This document shows, one piece after another, positions 1 through 12,903 of a DNA stretch of 64,000 nucleotides. The position numbers and the translations under genes are program-made. The stretch comes from Proteromonas lacertae. Taxonomy: Eukaryota. Each line of letters starts with the position of its first letter. Within the stretch, counting starts at the first letter, position 1. The notes beneath the pieces were generated by a model. That model had not been told where the DNA came from. It did not search any database and was given only the letters and a program-made list of their open reading frames with translations. The DNA lies in the NCBI GenBank assembly GCA_002245135.1, contig NGBS01000880.1, forward strand, positions 1-64,000, read 5' to 3'.

Positions 1-678
1 ATTATTAGCGCATAAAGAGAGTTATTTACACAATATATATAAAATAATGACTATTTGTAAATTTTCCAGTAATAAATCGATGTTATTACTTCATGGCAAA
101 TTTGATGAAAATCATCCGCCATTAAATACTGAGAAGATTAAATTCAATGAAATTTTGTATATATACTACACATTATATAGTCTATTAAAATTAACAATAA
201 TATTTAAGATACTAAAAAAATTACATGTCTTAAATAAGATTTAAAAAAATTATATATAGATTTTATAATTTTTTATATGCAACAGAAAGGAAAGATTTTA
301 GTATTTTATCAAGAAATATTGTTGATAATTTTACAAAAGACTTTTTATTTATAAACTTAGTAATATATAGTCATATTAATGAACAGAAGTCAAATTAAAA
401 TGCGAGATGTGTTTAGGTTTTTATATAATACCAAATTTTCTAGATTGGAATAATAGTTCATTTTTAATAACACAAATACGTGAAAAGTGTAGAAAAGAAC
501 CAACAATCTTCAGATAATAATAATAATAATACTTTAATGAAATATTATTATATATTATTATTTTATATATATATGTTTGTATGTATTGTTGATTTATTGA
601 TTTTATGTTCAATTATATTGCAATTTTTGACAGTTTAAGGCGTATTAATAGACTTTCCCTATATAAATTATTGAAAAT

Positions 679-1349
679 CTAGTCGTTTAACGATGCTATT
701 ATTTCAAAAAAAGATTTTAAAGCTGTGCATTTCTTTTCTTCTTTGATTTTATAATTTTCAAATAGATTATACACATCATTTTCAGTAATATTAATTCTTT
801 TATATACTAAACACCAAATTTCCATATAAAAATGTCTTATACATTTTCTTTCTAATATTTTATTCGCTCCATTTAACATATACAATTCATAACCCTGCAT
901 ATCAACAGATGCAACATGTATTTTATAAGTGAAATAATGCAATAATGTATCTAATTTAACTGTATTAATTTCCTCTTTAAATATAATTCTGATGCAAATT
1001 AATTAGTAAAGAACCTCCCCAATTCCCCTTTTCAATATTTATGATTTTAGAATTATCAATATTACTTAATCCTACTTTATAAAGAGTAATGTTTTTTATC
1101 CATTTTTTAAACACTGCATCCATAAAAATAATCGTCATTTTCTAAACCTGACAAAGAAATATAATCATTATCTGTCCTTACATACATTAAAAATTCTGAT
1201 TCATTTTTATTCTTTATTTTAATTAATTCAATACTATCTCTACAATGAAGGACATTCTACACTTTTTCTATCCCATTTGTATCTCTTTATGTCATTATGA
1301 AAAACAATTTGATATATATTAACAGTAGAATGAATATAAAAAAGAACAA
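679..1349 (-). pseudogene. FkbM-like SAM methyltransferase remnant (left-arm copy)
   Basis: VDMQGYELYMLNGANKIL resembles the FkbM KiDvEGxE..vLxGa motif; N-terminal TM segment; broken frame. Confidence 0.55.
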
Positions 1350-1948
1350 TACAGAAATATAATATTACAGTTTATGTTTTGAATATATATTAACAAACTG
1401 TTGAAATTTCAAAGCAAATTCAAAACAAAATTTACACCCTATTGATAAACTCAAGAGAAGTCCAGGATGATTTAGGTGCAATCTTTAGCAATGGCTTAGG
1501 TGGTAATGGTGGTGTTATTTCTTTAACAATTGGTTTTTTCACGAACTATTGGTGGTGGCTCAGCAATTTCATAATTTACTTTAGGTAATATTGGTTTAAG
1601 TGTTGGCTATATAATTTTTTTTAGGATTAGCCCAACTATGCTTACTGTAATAATAATCTTTATCATTATTAACATTATCTTCCATTTCTTTTAAGGTATC
1701 TTTGTTGATAATAACTTTTGGTACTGGGTGTAATTTTAGTTTCATCAGTAACAACTTTAGCTAGTGATGTTACTTTATCTTCATCATTACTTACTTTAAC
1801 TGATGGTGTAATTTTATCTTTCTTATATTTACCTTTGGTTTTGATACATTAATTTTGATAACTTCATTATCATCATCAACATCTTCAAAAACATTATCAT
1901 CATTAATCCAATATCATCAGCTAAATCCTTCTCAGACTTTAAAGGCTT

Positions 1949-2100
1949 TGTTGTGCGCCGTTGAGCCGGTTGCGCCGTTGAGCCGCTCTCATCATATAAT
2001 TACTTTTAAAACAATCTAATATTATTTTTATCTTAGTTATAATGAGTTATTAGCAAATATAAAGTTAGTTTGTCATATGACCTACATCTGTGATATACTT
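1949..2100. mobile_element. Terminal fragment of a TGTTGTGCGCCG-ended element related to the 640-bp MITE
   Basis: Starts TGTTGTGCGCCGTT and shares internal blocks (ttttaaaac, atgacct.catctg..gtatactt) with the 15212 TIR. Confidence 0.8.
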
Positions 2101-3176
2101 ATTATGAACTTCATTATTCTTAATGAAGCAATGACTCTTCTCATAATCGTTTGAGTCAGGGAACTCTCTCTTGATACGGTACTTGATAAGCTTCTGACAG
2201 GGATAACTTTGATGAGTAAGGAACTGGACGGAAGGAAGTTGTTCCTGAACAACAGTAAGGGCAACAAAAGTAAGTGTTGCGGTTCTTCTTGCGGTGTCTT
2301 TGGAGTACGATCTCTTCATAAGGGCACTAAGACTCATGACTATCCAGAAGTGTCATTCATGGTAGAATAGATTCACATGAGGGTTGTTTAAATGCTTGTC
2401 TATCTTCGGTTAGTAGATTGGATCTGCGCATGGATGTGGTTCTTCTCCTGTAACTGTTGAATCTTGTTATGATGGAAGCCTAAGTCCATTGGGTAAGTTA
2501 ACATGTTATCATCAACCATTGGACGATCAGGATGAGTACCACAGGAAGGTCTTAAGAACATCGCAATGCAATAAAGGAAGCATCGATCGTCAGTGTTCTT
2601 TACTGTACAACAACACTTCTTATTAGCAATAAACTCTGATAACTTCGGTATCCTACAACATCCTCCTTGCATGCTATCGAAGACTGCTAACTTTACTTTG
2701 ACAGCATCTTTTGTCTTGAAGATTACCCCTGACTTCTCTTGAGCTAAGTCCTTATTGAGCTTATCATGAATCGCTGCTTGGAATAGATCTTGGATGCTCT
2801 TCCTATCGATGAAGCTGTTAATTGAGAATGTATCGCACTTGACAATATAGATCTTGTTGGTGCTTACTTTGAGGTTCATATGGGCAGTCAGTATCTGCTC
2901 CAATCTATCGTAGAATGGTTCATTGCCATAGCATAATTGATTGATGAAGGCTTCCGGATTATCTCTTAAGGTCATTTGAGGAGTCTCTATCTGGATTACC
3001 CTAGAGTACTCCATCGAGGACAACTCCTTCTCATGCATGTTGAACACTCTCTGATCCATAGGCAATGCTCTTGGATCATTAACCATCGGTGGAACTACTG
3101 CGTGATCTCTTCTCGGGCTCCTTGAAGTCCTTTGCTTCTTCGTCGGAGTATTATCGCTAGGTAATGATCTCTTCAT
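2100..3176 (-). pseudogene. N-terminal fragment of Polinton-type protein-primed DNA polymerase B (vOTU-like region plus zinc finger), left-arm copy
   Basis: LSEFIANKKCCCTVKNTDDRCFLYCI...HPDR motif typical of Maverick pPolB N-termini, then LFY..HFW and CPYC..H..C; stops and frameshifts; no exonuclease or palm motifs. Confidence 0.75.
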
Positions 3177-3419
3177 ACTTCCTGAGAAGTACTTGGAAAT
3201 TAAAAACTGATAGCTATCAGGTGTTTCACTTCACGTAGAATCCGATCGTAGACTTCTCCGATGATTCCAATCATGAACCGTAACCCTAACGCTAAGTCAT
3301 AATAAGCATGTATTGTCCTGGCTGTGATCAAGATAACATAAAGGAGCACTCTTAAAAGAGGAAGAAGATGAAGATGTGAAGTTAGAAGGCTCGGAAAAGT
3401 ACATGATTGGAATCATCAC

Positions 3420-4478
3420 CTAGCGATAATACTCCGACGAAGAAGCAAAGGACTTCAAGGAGCCGAGAAGAGATCACGCAGTAGTTCCACCGATGGTTAA
3501 TGATCCAAGAGCATTGCCTATGGATCAGAGAGTGTTCAACATGCATGAGAAGGAGTTGTCCTCGATGGAGTACTCTAGGGTAATCCAGATAGAGACTCCT
3601 CAAATGACCTTAAGAGATAATCCGGAAGCCTTCATCAATCAATTATGCTATGGCAATGAACCATTCTACGATAGATTGGAGCAGATACTGACTGCCCATA
3701 TGAACCTCAAAGTAAGCACCAACAAGATCTATATTGTCAAGTGCGATACATTCTCAATTAACAGCTTCATCGATAGGAAGAGCATCCAAGATCTATTCCA
3801 AGCAGCGATTCATGATAAGCTCAATAAGGACTTAGCTCAAGAGAAGTCAGGGGTAATCTTCAAGACAAAAGATGCTGTCAAAGTAAAGTTAGCAGTCTTC
3901 GATAGCATGCAAGGAGGATGTTGTAGGATACCGAAGTTATCAGAGTTTATTGCTAATAAGAAGTGTTGTTGTACAGTAAAGAACACTGACGATCGATGCT
4001 TCCTTTATTGCATTGCGATGTTCTTAAGACCTTCCTGTGGTACTCATCCTGATCGTCCAATGGTTGATGATAACATGTTAACTTACCCAATGGACTTAGG
4101 CTTCCATCATAACAAGATTCAACAGTTACAGGAGAAGAACCACATCCATTGCGCAGATCCAATCTACTAACCGAAGATAGACAAGCATTTAAACAACCCT
4201 CATGTGAATCTATTCTACCATGAATGACACTTCTGGATAGTCATGAGTCTTAGTGCCCTTATGAAGAGATCGTACTCCAAAGACACCGCAAGAAGAACCG
4301 CAACACTTACTTTTGTTGCCCTTACTGTTGTTCAGGAACAACTTCCTTCCGTCAGTTCCTTACTCATCAAAGTTATCCCTGTCAGAAGCTTATCAAGTAC
4401 CGTATCAAGAGAGAGTTCCCTGACTCAAACGATTATGAGAAGAGTCATTGCTTCATTAAGAATAATGAAGTTCATAAA
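3420..4478 (+). pseudogene. N-terminal fragment of Polinton-type pPolB, right-arm copy
   Basis: Mirror of 2100-3162; reads through in-frame TAA (4168) and TGA (4225) into HFWIVMSLS, then shifts frame to YFCCPYCCSGTTSFRQFLTHQSYPC. Confidence 0.75.
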
Positions 4479-4479
4479 T

Positions 4480-4631
4480 AAGTATATCACAGATGTAGGT
4501 CATATGACAAACTAACTTTATATTTGCTAATAACTCATTATAACTAAGATAAAAATAATATTAGATTGTTTTAAAAGTAATTATATGATGAGAGCGGCTC
4601 AACGGCGCAACCGGCTCAACGGCGCACAACA
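4480..4631. mobile_element. Terminal fragment of the TGT...ACA element (mirror of 1949-2100)
   Basis: Ends ...AACGGCGCACAACA, the same terminus as the MITE at 15851 and 31531. Confidence 0.8.
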
Positions 4632-5229
4632 AAGCCTTTAAAGTCTGAGAAGGATTTAGCTGATGATATTGGATTAATGATGATAATGTTTTTGAAGATG
4701 TTGATGATGATAATGAAGTTATCAAAATTAATGTATCAAAACCAAAGGTAAATATAAGAAAGATAAAATTACACCATCAGTTAAAGTAAGTAATGATGAA
4801 GATAAAGTAACATCACTAGCTAAAGTTGTTACTGATGAAACTAAAATTACACCAGTACCAAAAGTTATTATCAACAAAGATACCTTAAAAGAAATGGAAG
4901 ATAATGTTAATAATGATAAAGATTATTATTACAGTAAGCATAGTTGGGCTAATCCTAAAAAAAATTATATAGCCAACACTTAAACCAATATTACCTAAAG
5001 TAAATTATGAAATTGCTGAGCCACCACCAATAGTTCGTGAAAAACCAATTGTTAAAGAAATAACACCACCATTACCACCTAAGCCATTGCTAAAGATTGC
5101 ACCTAAATCATCCTGGACTTCTCTTGAGTTTATCAATAGGGTGTAAATTTTGTTTTGAATTTGCTTTGAAATTTCAACAGTTTGTTAATATATAATTCAA
5201 AACATAAACTGTAATATTATATTTCTGTA

Positions 5230-5901
5230 TTGTTCTTTTTTATATTCATTCTACTGTTAATATATATCAAATTGTTTTTTCATAATGACATAAAGAGATA
5301 CAAATGGGATAGAAAAAGTGTAGAATGTCCTTCATGTAGAGATAGTATTGAATTAATTAAAATAAAGAATAAAAATGAATCAGAATTTTTAATGTATGTA
5401 AGGACAGATAATGATTATATTTCTTTGTCAGGTTTAGAAAATGACGATTATTTTTATGGATGCAGGTGTTTAAAAAATGGATAAAAAACATTACTCTTTA
5501 TAAAGTAGGATTAAGTAATATTGATAATTCTAAAATCATAAATATTGAAAAGGGGAATTGGGGAGGTTCTTTACTAATTAATTTGCATCAGAATTATATT
5601 TAAAGAGAAATTAATACAGTTAAATTAGATACATTATTGCATTATTTCACTTATAAAATACATGTTGCATCTGTTGATATGCAGGGTTATGAATTGTATA
5701 TGTTAAATGGAGCGAATAAAATATTAGAAAGAAAATGTATAAGACATTTTTATATGGAAATTTGGTGTTTAGTATATAAAAGAATTAATATTACTGAAAA
5801 TGATGTGTATAATCTATTTGAAAATTATAAAATCAAAGAAGAAAAGAAATGCACAGCTTTAAAATCTTTTTTTTGAAATAATAGCATCGTTAAACGACTA
5901 G
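5230..5901 (+). pseudogene. FkbM-like methyltransferase remnant (right-arm copy)
   Basis: ORFs 5230-5484 and 5637-5876; DMQGYELYMLNGA motif. Confidence 0.55.
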
Positions 5902-7187
5902 ATTTTCAATAATTTATATAGGGAAAGTCTATTAATACGCCTTAAACTGTCAAAAATTGCAATATAATTGAACATAAAATCAATAAATCAACAAATACAT
6001 ACAAACATATATATATAAAATAATAATAATAATAATATTTCATTAAAGTATTATTATTATTATTATCTGAAGATTGTTGGTTCTTTTCTACACTTTTCAC
6101 GTATTTGTGTTATTAAAAAATGAACTATTATTCCAATCTAGAAAATTTGGTATTATATAAAAACCTAAACACATCTCGCATTTTAATTTGACTTCTGTTC
6201 ATTAATATGACTATATATTACTAAGTTTATAAATAAAAAGTCTTTTGTAAAATTATCAACAATATTTCTTGATAAAATACTAAAATCTTTCCTTTCTGTT
6301 GCATATAAAAAATTATAAAATCTATATATAATTTTTTTTAAATCTTATTTAAGACATGTAATTTTTTTAGTATCTTAAATATTATTGTTAATTTTAATAG
6401 ACTATATAATGTGTAGTATATATACAAAATTTCATTGAATTTAATCTTCTCAGTATTTAATGGCGGATGATTTTCATCAAATTTGCCATGAAGTAATAAC
6501 ATCGATTTATTACTGGAAAATTTACAAATAGTCATTATTTATATATATTTGTAAATAACTCTCTTTATGCGCTAATAATATCATATTAATTAATTGTAAG
6601 AATGCTTGCATCATAGATTTTTACTTCCTGGACGCCATCAACTCCTCCTCCATCTCTATTTGGAAACCAGATGAAAGAAAGATAAAAATAGTGAAATTAG
6701 ATAAAGAAGAAGAAGAAGAAGAAGAGAAAAAGCTTGAGGAAGTCAAAACAAAAGAAATCGATAATCCACCCCCTCCTCCTTCATCAATTTCAAATTTAAA
6801 TCCAAAAACAGATATTGAGAGTGATAGTGAAGAATCAATGAATTTGTTAACAAGTGCATGGAATTATATTTACAAGATGAGAAAGAAAGGGAAGTTAAGA
6901 AAGAAATTAGAAAGTAGTTATTACTTATATAAAAGATTAAAGAAAGCTCAACATTAAAAGATCTCAATGAAAAAGCAAAGATGATGACAAAAGAAGAGAA
7001 AGAAAAATTATTAGAAATAGAAATAGAACATGAAAGAAGATAATAAAATACCAGATCCTCCCAAGATCAAAGAAATCACTGCGAGTTCTGTAATTTATGA
7101 AATGGTGATAAAAATGATGAAGATACTGAAACAAAAGTTAGAAAGCACATTAAAAAGTATCAAGCAAAAGAAGAAAAAAAGTTGTTA

Positions 7188-8845
7188 CAGATTGTTGCAA
7201 TTAAATGTTGCTAAATTTCATAATACTTGTACGAGCCATCAAGTTTGGCATTTCTGTAACGACTCTTTCCAAAAAACATATTTTTTGTTGCAAATCACTT
7301 ATTCGAACCTCAAGTTCTAATTTTTTGTTTTACAATTCCTCACATAATTTCATCTCATAAACACACATTTAAAGAGAATTTCAGATATATAATTCTTTAT
7401 TATTGTGAATAATAGACCTATATGTCTTCACCTCCCAAGACTTTTTCTAAACACAGAATGACTAACGTATTGAATGGTTTTATAACATTCTGCAGGTGTA
7501 ATTGTTTTAAATGACTCCTTAATACGTATTAATACTTCATCTCTAGTTGTATAGTGTGAACACTCTACTCTCTTTTTCCAGAAACCGAAGATATACTCAA
7601 TTGGGTTTAATGGTGAGCTATAAGGAGTATTATATAAAATTCTGTTGCCTGAATTAAGTATAACACTCTCCATATCTTTATCGTGGTGTATAGAAGCATT
7701 ATCTAAGAATATTACCACTGGAGCTAAATGCTTAACATCCTCAAGCAATTGTTTAATATAGACAGTAAAAACTGGAATACTATTATTACCATATATAATC
7801 TGATTATGCAACATACCAAGTTCACACGTTGAAGAAATAATTGTAATTTCGCTTGAATTACTTCTCATATGAACTATAGGAGTCTCTCCAATTGGTGCAC
7901 GTGCACGTCCTGTAACAAGACCCATTTGCCAATGAGTCTCGTCTACATACACAGGTCTAAATCCACTCTCTTGGAATTGAATTAACTTTCGAACTACAGT
8001 TATTCTTTGTTGAATTAAGTCAGGTATATTATCTTTATTAGAACCTCTAATTACAAAACGTTTTAATGTTATGTTAGGCAGTCCATCATCCATCATCCTT
8101 TTTGTTAAATGTCTATGGATATTTGAAGTGCTTACTGTTTTACCTGTTTCATGTGCAATTACAGCTTGAAGTTCTTTTAAGACTACTTTTGTTATTTTCT
8201 CGAATTTTATTAATTAATATCAAAGATTCTGATTCTCCAAGTATGCGTTGTCTTCCTTTCTTAGTTGCAGACTTATCAATATCACCTCCTTTGTTTAGAA
8301 TTCTTAACAAGCTTTTTACTCTGGTGATGTTTATATTGGTCATACTGGAGTAGTACTCAGGAGTAGTTGTTTTACCGTGGTAAGCAAATAATCTTTTCAT
8401 AGTTTCTAACTGAGATTGATTAACCTTTTGATATACTCTTTTTTCTGATTGTTCTTTAGCTTTAGCTATAGGTTTAGATTTTTTGGAAGATATAACTTCT
8501 AATAGTTCAACATTATCTGGTATTCCTGATATAGGCTCAATTACTACATCTTGTAAAACTTCAACCTCTGCTGATCTGCTTAAAAACTTGTTTCGACAGA
8601 AATCATCAGTTAAATTTACGTAACGAATTGTCTATAAATGTTATATGAATATTAATATACCATTATAAACAAAGAAACTATTTTATTTATAAAAATTAAG
8701 CTTTATTTATCTGTTTTTATAAAAATTAAAAGATCTTTGGAGGGATTAAGAGCTTGAGGTTCGAATAAGTGATTTGCCAACAAAAAGTATGTTTTTTGGA
8801 AAGAGTCGTTACAGAAATTTAGCAACATTTAATTGCAACAACCTG
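7188..8845 (-). mobile_element. Tc1/IS630-type DNA transposon with TA target duplication
   Basis: TA|CAGATTGTTGCAATTAAATGTTGCTAAATTTC ... GAAATTTAGCAACATTTAATTGCAACAACCTG|TA; TIRs over 100 bp; encloses a transposase. Confidence 0.92.
7428..8663 (-). CDS. DD34E transposase with a 29-nt intron (8632-8660) directly after the ATG and one frameshift near 8187-8190
   Basis: VYVDETHW, FLDNASIHH, PYSSPLNPIE (34 residues D to E); splicing joins ATG 8661-8663 in frame to ORF 8149-8400; an extra A in a homopolymer separates it from 7428-8096. Confidence 0.85.
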
Positions 8846-9285
8846 TAGTAAGATAATAGTAGAATCAAAAATGGGTTTGGCTTGGCCATCCCATTCTCTT
8901 TTAATACTTCACATATGTATTGTCTTTATTTTTTTGTACTATTTACAAGCTTGATTGATAGAGTTTTTATAAAATAAAAGAAAACTATCAATAATTCAGC
9001 CAAAAATAAATATAACCAAAAATAATAAAAAAAACTAATCTAGCTGTTGTATTTTTTTTATTTTTATTTCTCACTTTTTGAAATGTCTCTTTATCTATTG
9101 ATTTTTATATCATAAATTTATTGCTACCTTATAGGTAATCAACAAAATTTTAATTTTAGACTGATCAAATAACTTTTTCATAATTAAAAATCGAGAAAAC
9201 AAAAGTCGAACGATTTCAATAAAAATAGTTGTTTTGTCTGAATTTTCATTCCCTTTATTTAGATCTTTCTCGCTAATTAGAGCAA

Positions 9286-10211
9286 ATGAGTTCCCCAAAA
9301 CAACCATGTAAAGTCACTGTCAAAAAAAACTCCTGTTACAGAGTCTGAAAAAGAGAAAATTAGAGCTCTGGTAAATCAATCTTGTAGTATTGGAGAAATT
9401 GCCTTAAAAATGGCAAGAACCAAGAGTACTATTTGGAAGTACTTACAAATTATGGGGTTGAAGACATCCAAAGCCATATTAAGTATTTCACCACCTAAGG
9501 TTAGAAAAGGGAGAAAACCAATTATTTTGAACTCTATCATTAGTGGGTAAGCTGTTAGAGATTATATCTTGAGAAGTCAAGTTAATGGCATTACAATTCA
9601 ATCTGCCAAAACACTCAGAAATGTGTTGGTGAAGAACAGCTTAATCCCTCAGCAGTATCATTAAGTACAATTCGTTGAAGAAAGATTAATGACAGTATCT
9701 CAAAACATATTCTTGGATTATAAGACGATTATGTTCTCAGATGAGTCGATGATTAGACTTAGAAATGTTAAAAGTGTTTGATGGAGTATCTCTGGAAAAC
9801 CTATTATTAGGAAGCAAAGGATCAAAGGAAACGCAGGTCTGGGATGCCTTTTCAGAGTATGGATTCACTGATCTGATGGTTATGCAGAAGTCATTTGAAC
9901 CCAAAGATGGTGTAAGTAAGGGAATAAATTCAGTTAGACAATGTTATTTCTTACAAGACAGCACCAGCATGTATAAAAGTAGGTATACCACAGAATATCT
10001 TCAAAGGAACGGTTGGAAACCTATCAGAAATCCACCGTTTTCTCCAGACTTAAATCCTATTGAAAAGATCTGGGCGACTCTAAAACACAAGATTAGTGAA
10101 GATGAAAACAATTTCAAAGACTTAGATAGCCTAGAAGAAGCTGCAAAAAGAATTTGGAATGAAAAAATGAATCGAACGATATTTTTGAAACTGCTATTAT
10201 TTAAAATATAA
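9286..10211 (+). pseudogene. Degenerate Tc1-like transposase (second family)
   Basis: HTH-like N-terminus, MFSDES, PPFSPDLNPIEKIWATLK; several stops and deletions. Confidence 0.85.
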
Positions 10212-11013
10212 TGAATCATTATTTAAATTTTATTGTTTTGTTTATATATATATATGTATTGTATTGTTTTTATTATGTTTGACTTAATCAATAAAATGCA
10301 TTTTAAAGATGTAATTCTTTTTCGAATCCATATACAATAAAAATTTATTAAAAATATATTAAAAATAAATTATATCTATAAATAAATAAGTATTTGAAAA
10401 TAAATAAAAATTAAAAATCATTATTTCCATTTATCAGTTTTTATATTGAAATTACACATTTCATGATTAGAAAAATGAATAGAAATTCAATTAAATACAT
10501 CTTATCAAGCCAAAAACTATGCTATTTTTCTTTCCAAATTTTCTTATCATAGTAATAAATTATAAGAACCAATCTATGGTAAAATTGGTTTATAACTAAA
10601 AATCATTTTTTATGATTTATATTTAGCAACAATATATCTTAATTAGAAAGTACATATTTTACACTTCAGTTTATCATATATTTATTTTAATAATAACGTT
10701 AATATATTATAAGATATTTATATTTAGAAATAAAAACAAATTTAATGATTTTATTAATTATTGTCAGAAAATAGCTAAAACAATTTCTAATAAACACATT
10801 AAATCAGTTTCAAAAAATGATAAATACAAAATATTATTCAATCTGTCATTAAAAAAGAAATGCCTATATTTAATAAATTATATTATTAAAGAGAATAAAT
10901 TATTTAAAAATGAACAGAATCATTTAAAATATAAAACATTTCCACATAGAAGCTATTATAGATTAAGTCCTATAATTAACAAAAGAGAATATATTCTGAT
11001 AAATACCTACGAA

Positions 11014-11928
11014 ATGCAAAACTTCATATACACATATCAAAATCCATTAATTTGTGATAATAAAAATTTTTTATTAGTCACTGGATATTCAGCTGGACAA
11101 GGTATTGAGTTAAGAATTATAGCATCTTTGTTAGGATTAGCTATTGAAACAAATAGAATAGCTATATATCATCCATATTATAAAACTATTCATACTGCAG
11201 GTGATTATTGTAATAATAAATCTAGAAATTGGGAATGTTTTCTTGAACCATTGACAAATTGTTCTTTGCAGAACGAAAATATTTTATCTGCCGTGGAACT
11301 AGTATCCATACATCAATTAGATAAAATAGTTTATGTAGCTCAAAATAATATAAAGAAATATTTAAAACTAGTGCCACTTGCATTAAAAGATAAAATAAAT
11401 TGTACTATAAAACTATCATATATATATAAATATTGGTCTATACAATCATTAACATATGTTATTAGGTTAAATAAACGAACATATCAACATATTGTTAATA
11501 AATATAAAGAAATAAATAATATAAAATATATGGAGTGTATGAGCGTTTGGATTAGGCATGGAGATAAAATTAAAGAGATGAATTTAATACCCACTAATCA
11601 ATATGTAAGTGCAATTTCATTTTTTAAAAGTGTGGCAAAAACTAATTTTTTGGTGTATTTATCTTCTGATGATCCTAATGTATTTAATGAAGTAAATAAA
11701 TCATATTCAATAGTATACTTACATTTTAATAGAAGTGATTACAATATGACAAGAGAATATAAAGTAAGAGGATCAACTTTAACATTATATGTTTTAGCCG
11801 ATATTATGGCAGCATTGTCATGTAATTCTTTTTGTGGAACATTAAAGAGTAATATAATAAGAATAATTAATGAGCTAAGAATGACAGTAGGATTTCATTC
11901 TAATTCTCCATATTTTGAAATGGAATAA
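11014..11928 (+). CDS. Alpha-1,6-fucosyltransferase-like (GT23/FUT8-NodZ type); true start probably upstream
   Basis: VWIRHGDKIKE, VYLSSDDP, DIMAALSCNSFCGTLKSNIIRIINELR fucosyltransferase motifs I-III. Confidence 0.8.
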   Translation: MQNFIYTYQNPLICDNKNFLLVTGYSAGQGIELRIIASLLGLAIETNRIAIYHPYYKTIHTAGDYCNNKSRNWECFLEPLTNCSLQNENILSAVELVSIHQLDKIVYVAQNNIKKYLKLVPLALKDKINCTIKLSYIYKYWSIQSLTYVIRLNKRTYQHIVNKYKEINNIKYMECMSVWIRHGDKIKEMNLIPTNQYVSAISFFKSVAKTNFLVYLSSDDPNVFNEVNKSYSIVYLHFNRSDYNMTREYKVRGSTLTLYVLADIMAALSCNSFCGTLKSNIIRIINELRMTVGFHSNSPYFEME

Positions 11929-11929
11929 A

Positions 11930-12901
11930 ATGCATTTTACTCTAATAATATTTATTGCGGCAGTTATTATAACGATAACAATAATTATGAATAATGCTAT
12001 TTATAATAAAAATAATATGTCAGTAAATAAATATATAGAATCTTGTATATCTTATAACAATAATAAAAATCACTTGAATTATTTAATTGTGTATAAAACA
12101 TATACTGGTTGTGGCTTAGGTAATAAAATACCAACAATAATATCTAGCATTTTCTTTTCGCTTCTATCTATATCAAAATTTTATATTTATGGATGGAAAG
12201 ATATAACATCTTACTTTAAAATGCCAACATATTTAATAAATGATAATATCACCATAAACAAGATAATAGAAATAAGAACAATTAATAATTCTATTAGAAT
12301 GTTGCTAAATTATTATAAATCATTATCTATATATAAATATCATGGATTTATGAATATTATATACAATCTATATAATGATTCAAATATAATTAGAACTTAC
12401 AAAATTAATTCAATAGGATGGAATAGAATAATACAAGAAGTGTTTTTTAAACCATGCATAGCAGTAGAACAATATTTAAAATCATTTCAACAATTAAAAA
12501 GAAATCATATAATCGTGGGAGTTCATATAAGAACTGGATTTTTAACAAATTTATCAAAGATTACATTTTGGTATTCGTCAGATATTTATAAGAAATATAT
12601 AAAAGAAATAAATAAATTAATTAATACAAACAAAAAAATAAAAATATTAGTTGTATCAGACTCTTACGCTTTAATTGGAAGAATATCAAAAGAATACTAT
12701 AATAATTTATTCAACTATTCTGTACCTGGACCAGTGGTAAATCCACATTATTCAATGCATGGAAAGAATTATCAAAGCGGAATAAAACTACTAGCAGATA
12801 ATTATCTTTTATCACTTTGTGATATAGCTATAGGTTCCCATAGAAGTACTTATTTTTCATTAGCATGCTCTAGATCAAATGTAAAATGTATAAAAGTTTA
12901 A
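11930..12901 (+). CDS. Fucosyltransferase-like GT-B protein, type II membrane
   Basis: N-terminal TM, GLGNK, VGVHIRTG, VVSDS, DNYLLSLCD..IGSHRSTY. Confidence 0.8.
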   Translation: MHFTLIIFIAAVIITITIIMNNAIYNKNNMSVNKYIESCISYNNNKNHLNYLIVYKTYTGCGLGNKIPTIISSIFFSLLSISKFYIYGWKDITSYFKMPTYLINDNITINKIIEIRTINNSIRMLLNYYKSLSIYKYHGFMNIIYNLYNDSNIIRTYKINSIGWNRIIQEVFFKPCIAVEQYLKSFQQLKRNHIIVGVHIRTGFLTNLSKITFWYSSDIYKKYIKEINKLINTNKKIKILVVSDSYALIGRISKEYYNNLFNYSVPGPVVNPHYSMHGKNYQSGIKLLADNYLLSLCDIAIGSHRSTYFSLACSRSNVKCIKV

Positions 12902-12903
12902 AT

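Larger units (their letters stand above)
1..6579. repeat. Giant inverted repeat: arms 1-3162 and 3418-6579, 255-bp spacer; may extend left of the window
   Basis: Base 1 onward is the reverse complement of 6579 backward; mirrored ORFs (47-244/6338-6535, 679-942/5637-5876, 2400-3176/3493-4170); arms differ mostly by 1-bp indels. Confidence 0.97.

Noticed and set aside
47..612. Small ORFs 47-244 and 421-612 (and mirror 6338-6535)
   Set aside because: Low-complexity AT-rich frames with no recognisable motif; at most gene debris
3276..3296. Telomere-like TAACCC in the palindrome spacer (also GGTTAGGG near 19105)
   Set aside because: Only one or two imperfect units; compatible with chance
1949..4631. 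A discrete 2.7-kb TIR-bounded pPolB element
   Set aside because: The apparent TIR pair results from the larger palindrome; the flanks are mirrored and there is no TSD
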